Assembly (NCBI GenBank): GCA_044369475.1
Contig: JBIPLV010000020.1
Span: 1 to 23,409, forward strand
DNA length: 23,409 nucleotides
Direction of reading: 5' to 3'
DNA from: Cyanobium sp.
Lineage (GTDB): Bacteria; Cyanobacteriota; Cyanobacteriia; PCC-6307; Cyanobiaceae
In this document: positions 21,307 through 23,409 of the stretch, one piece after another
Layout of the letters: every line of letters begins with the position of its first letter
How positions within the stretch are numbered: the first letter of the stretch is position 1
Position numbers and translations under genes: made by a program
The notes under the pieces: generated by a model
Seen by the model: the letters and a program-made list of their open reading frames with translations, nothing else
Databases searched by the model: none
Told to the model about the DNA's origin: nothing

Positions 21307-23409
21307 TTAGCTCCCCAGGCACTGCTGCACCACCTCGCCAGTGTTGGGCGAGAGGGGAGCGGCGGCGAGCTGCTCGAGGGCCGCGTGCATGGCCGCTGAG
21401 CGAGCCGGGCCGTAGCTCTGCCAGCGGCTGTACACCTTGGCCAGGCGCGAGGCCGTGATCGGGTTGCGCTGGTCGAGCTCGGCGATGCGCGCCGCCATGA
21501 AGCGGTAGCCAGCACCATCGACGGCGTGGAACACTGGCGCGTTGCCCGCCAAGCCGCCCAGCACAGCCCGCACAGAATTGGGCGCGGCTGGATCGAAGCG
21601 GGGGTGCTCCAGCAGCCGCGCCACCCGCTCCAGACCATCGGCAAAGGGCGCCGAAGCCTCCAGGGCAAACCAGGCATCGAGGATCACGGGCTTGTCCTGC
21701 CAGCGCTGGTAGAAGGCTTCCACCGCCTGCTGCCGCTCTGGGATGGGGTGGCATTGCAGGGCCCGCAGGCCGGCACGAGCCAGGGTCATCGAGGCGCCCC
21801 GGACCGCCGCCGCCGCTGCCGCGCAGACGGCCGAATCGCCTGCTGCCACTCGCAAGCTCCACACCGTACCGGTGAGCAGCCGGTCGCCGTTGCCCTCGGG
21901 CCAGGCCAGGCCCCATTGGGGGGTGCAGCGCTCCAGGGCCAACGCCAGCGGCTCGGCCAAGGCGGCACCAAAGCGCTGCTGCAGGGCCATCAGTGCCGCA
22001 AACAGAGCCGGCGGATCGGGCTCGCCTCCGGCGGTGGCGGCGGCATCCTCGAGCTCAGGCAGGCCGGGGAGCGCCATCAGCACGCTGCGGCTGGCCTCCG
22101 ACAACGAGGGGTCGGCCAGGATCCGGCCAAAGGCATCGATCAGCTCCTCCTCGAGCAGGGCATCGGCCGCGCCGGCAGCGCGGGCCAGCACCGCCTGACG
22201 CAGCAGCACCTGGCCCGCATCCCAGCGGGCAAAGGGGTCGGCATCGGCGGCAAGCAGGTGCACCAGCTCAGCGGTGGGTCGCCCCATCTCCAGGATCACC
22301 GGCGCCGAAAACCGACGCAGCAGCGACAGGGCCGGCGGATGGTGCTGCCGCGGCAACCCCACCAACCGCAGGGTCTGCTGGGGGCGATCGATCACCACGA
22401 GGCGGGTGCCATCGCCGCTCGTCCCAGCCGGCGACGCCTCCCCCTCCAGCTGCACGGACAGGGGCTCACCGGCCTGGCCGACCAGGCCCAGGGCCAGGGG
22501 AATCACCAGCGGCTGTTTGTCGCTTTGGCCGGGGGTGGGCAGGGTGTGCTGCTCCACCTGCAGCTCCAACACGCCGGCCTCCCCATCCCAATGGCGCTGG
22601 ATGTGCACGCGGGGGGTGCCGGCCTGGTGATACCAGCGGCGGAACTGGGCGAAGTCGAAGGAGGCAGCTCCGCCAGCGGCGTCCTGCATCGCCTGCACGA
22701 AGTCTTCGCAGGTGGCGGCCGTGCCGTCGTGACGGCTCACATACAGCGCCATCCCCCGCATGAACGTCTCCTCGCCCAGCAGGGTGTGGAGGCAGCGAAT
22801 CACCTCCGATCCCTTTTCATAGATCGTGGTTGTGTAAAAGTTGTCGATCGCCTGGTAGGCATCGGGCTGCACGGGGTGGGCCGTTGGGCCCGCATCTTCA
22901 CGAAACTGGGTGTTGCGCAGCAGCGCCACATTTTCAATACGGTTTAATGCCGCACCGTGAAGATCCTCCGTGAAGCTCTGGTCGCGGAACACCGTCAACC
23001 CTTCCTTGAGCGACAGCTGGAACCAGTCGCGGCACGTGATGCGGTTGCCGGTCCAGTTGTGGAAATACTCATGGGCGATCACACTCTCGATGCGCTCAAG
23101 CTCGCCATCGGTGGCGGTTTCGGCATCCGCCAGCACGAGCTTGGAGTTGAAGATGTTGAGGCTCTTGTTCTCCATCGCGCCCATGTTGAAATGGCGCACC
23201 GCCACGATGTTGAACTCATCGAGGTCGTATTCGAGGCCGTAGCGCTGCTCATCCCAGGCCATCGAACGCTGGAGCGAGGCCATGGCGTGGGCGGTGAACG
23301 GTGCATCCCCCGGCTCCACATGGATGCGCAGGGCGACCGTGCGGCCACTGGCGGTGGTGAAGGTGCCTGTCAGCTCCTCCAGCTGGCCGGCCACCAGGGC
23401 GAATAAATA
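21307..23409 (-). CDS. pepN: Aminopeptidase N (M1 family), N-terminus outside the window
   Basis: It is near-colinear with E. coli PepN: YLFALVAG, GAMENKSLNIFNS, HEYFHNWTGNRITCRDWFQLSLKEGLTVFRDQ, VYEKGSEVIR and ATCEDFVQAM. The frame stays open to 23409; the track 'M' at 23394 is an internal GTG. Confidence 0.95.
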   Translation of the reverse strand, partial: YLFALVAGQLEELTGTFTTASGRTVALRIHVEPGDAPFTAHAMASLQRSMAWDEQRYGLEYDLDEFNIVAVRHFNMGAMENKSLNIFNSKLVLADAETATDGELERIESVIAHEYFHNWTGNRITCRDWFQLSLKEGLTVFRDQSFTEDLHGAALNRIENVALLRNTQFREDAGPTAHPVQPDAYQAIDNFYTTTIYEKGSEVIRCLHTLLGEETFMRGMALYVSRHDGTAATCEDFVQAMQDAAGGAASFDFAQFRRWYHQAGTPRVHIQRHWDGEAGVLELQVEQHTLPTPGQSDKQPLVIPLALGLVGQAGEPLSVQLEGEASPAGTSGDGTRLVVIDRPQQTLRLVGLPRQHHPPALSLLRRFSAPVILEMGRPTAELVHLLAADADPFARWDAGQVLLRQAVLARAAGAADALLEEELIDAFGRILADPSLSEASRSVLMALPGLPELEDAAATAGGEPDPPALFAALMALQQRFGAALAEPLALALERCTPQWGLAWPEGNGDRLLTGTVWSLRVAAGDSAVCAAAAAAVRGASMTLARAGLRALQCHPIPERQQAVEAFYQRWQDKPVILDAWFALEASAPFADGLERVARLLEHPRFDPAAPNSVRAVLGGLAGNAPVFHAVDGAGYRFMAARIAELDQRNPITASRLAKVYSRWQSYGPARSAAMHAALEQLAAAPLSPNTGEVVQQCLGS

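Noticed and set aside
21526-22947. 473-aa + strand ORF (and the nested 256-aa and 151-aa ORFs) opposite pepN
   Set aside because: pepN is near-colinear with E. coli PepN on the minus strand. The + strand products are low-complexity Gly/Arg/Gln/Pro-rich sequences.
1-23409. CRISPR arrays, IS elements/transposases, integrases, rRNA genes
   Set aside because: No regularly spaced direct repeats, terminal inverted repeats, DDE/tyrosine-recombinase-like ORFs or rRNA-like conserved stretches were seen on either strand.

Overview
High-GC bacterial chromosome, most likely a Synechococcus/Cyanobium-type picocyanobacterium. This is inferred from the gene content (group-2 sigma-70, FrhB/BciB-like protein), a few HIP1 GCGATCGC sites (e.g. 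7645..7652) and a cyanobacterial-type PPIase-like/ABC/HlyD gene trio. All calls come from by-eye motif reading of the ORF track; no database search was possible.

The window has two parts.

(A) 1..~11150 is a lower-GC accessory region. It holds the 3' end of a very large repetitive surface protein gene on the + strand. Convergent with it is a tightly packed minus-strand operon: parvulin/PPIase-like protein, T1SS ABC exporter with degenerate cNMP-binding and C39-like domains, HlyD adaptor, small tandem-repeat protein, ExbB/TolQ/MotA-family channel with an unusually long C-terminal tail, two paralogous ExbD/TolR-like proteins, and a small secreted HExxH protein. The last four genes are joined by TGATG/ATGA overlaps. 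This coupling of a stator-like ion-driven motor to a type I secretion system and a giant surface protein is the best candidate for an undescribed system. The nearest analogies are Agl-Glt and GldLM/T9SS-type surface machines or a Lap-like adhesin control circuit.

(B) ~11175..23409 is a high-GC housekeeping region. It holds a group-2 sigma factor, an S4-domain pseudouridine synthase, a RodZ-like HTH membrane protein, malQ, an FrhB/BciB-like Fe-S flavoprotein, an LCP-family protein, prs, a GHL10/DUF187-like hydrolase, a vapBC (FitAB-like) toxin-antitoxin pair and a 5'-truncated pepN.

No rRNA, tRNA, CRISPR array, transposase or integrase was recognised. The many long antisense ORFs are treated as high-GC artefacts.
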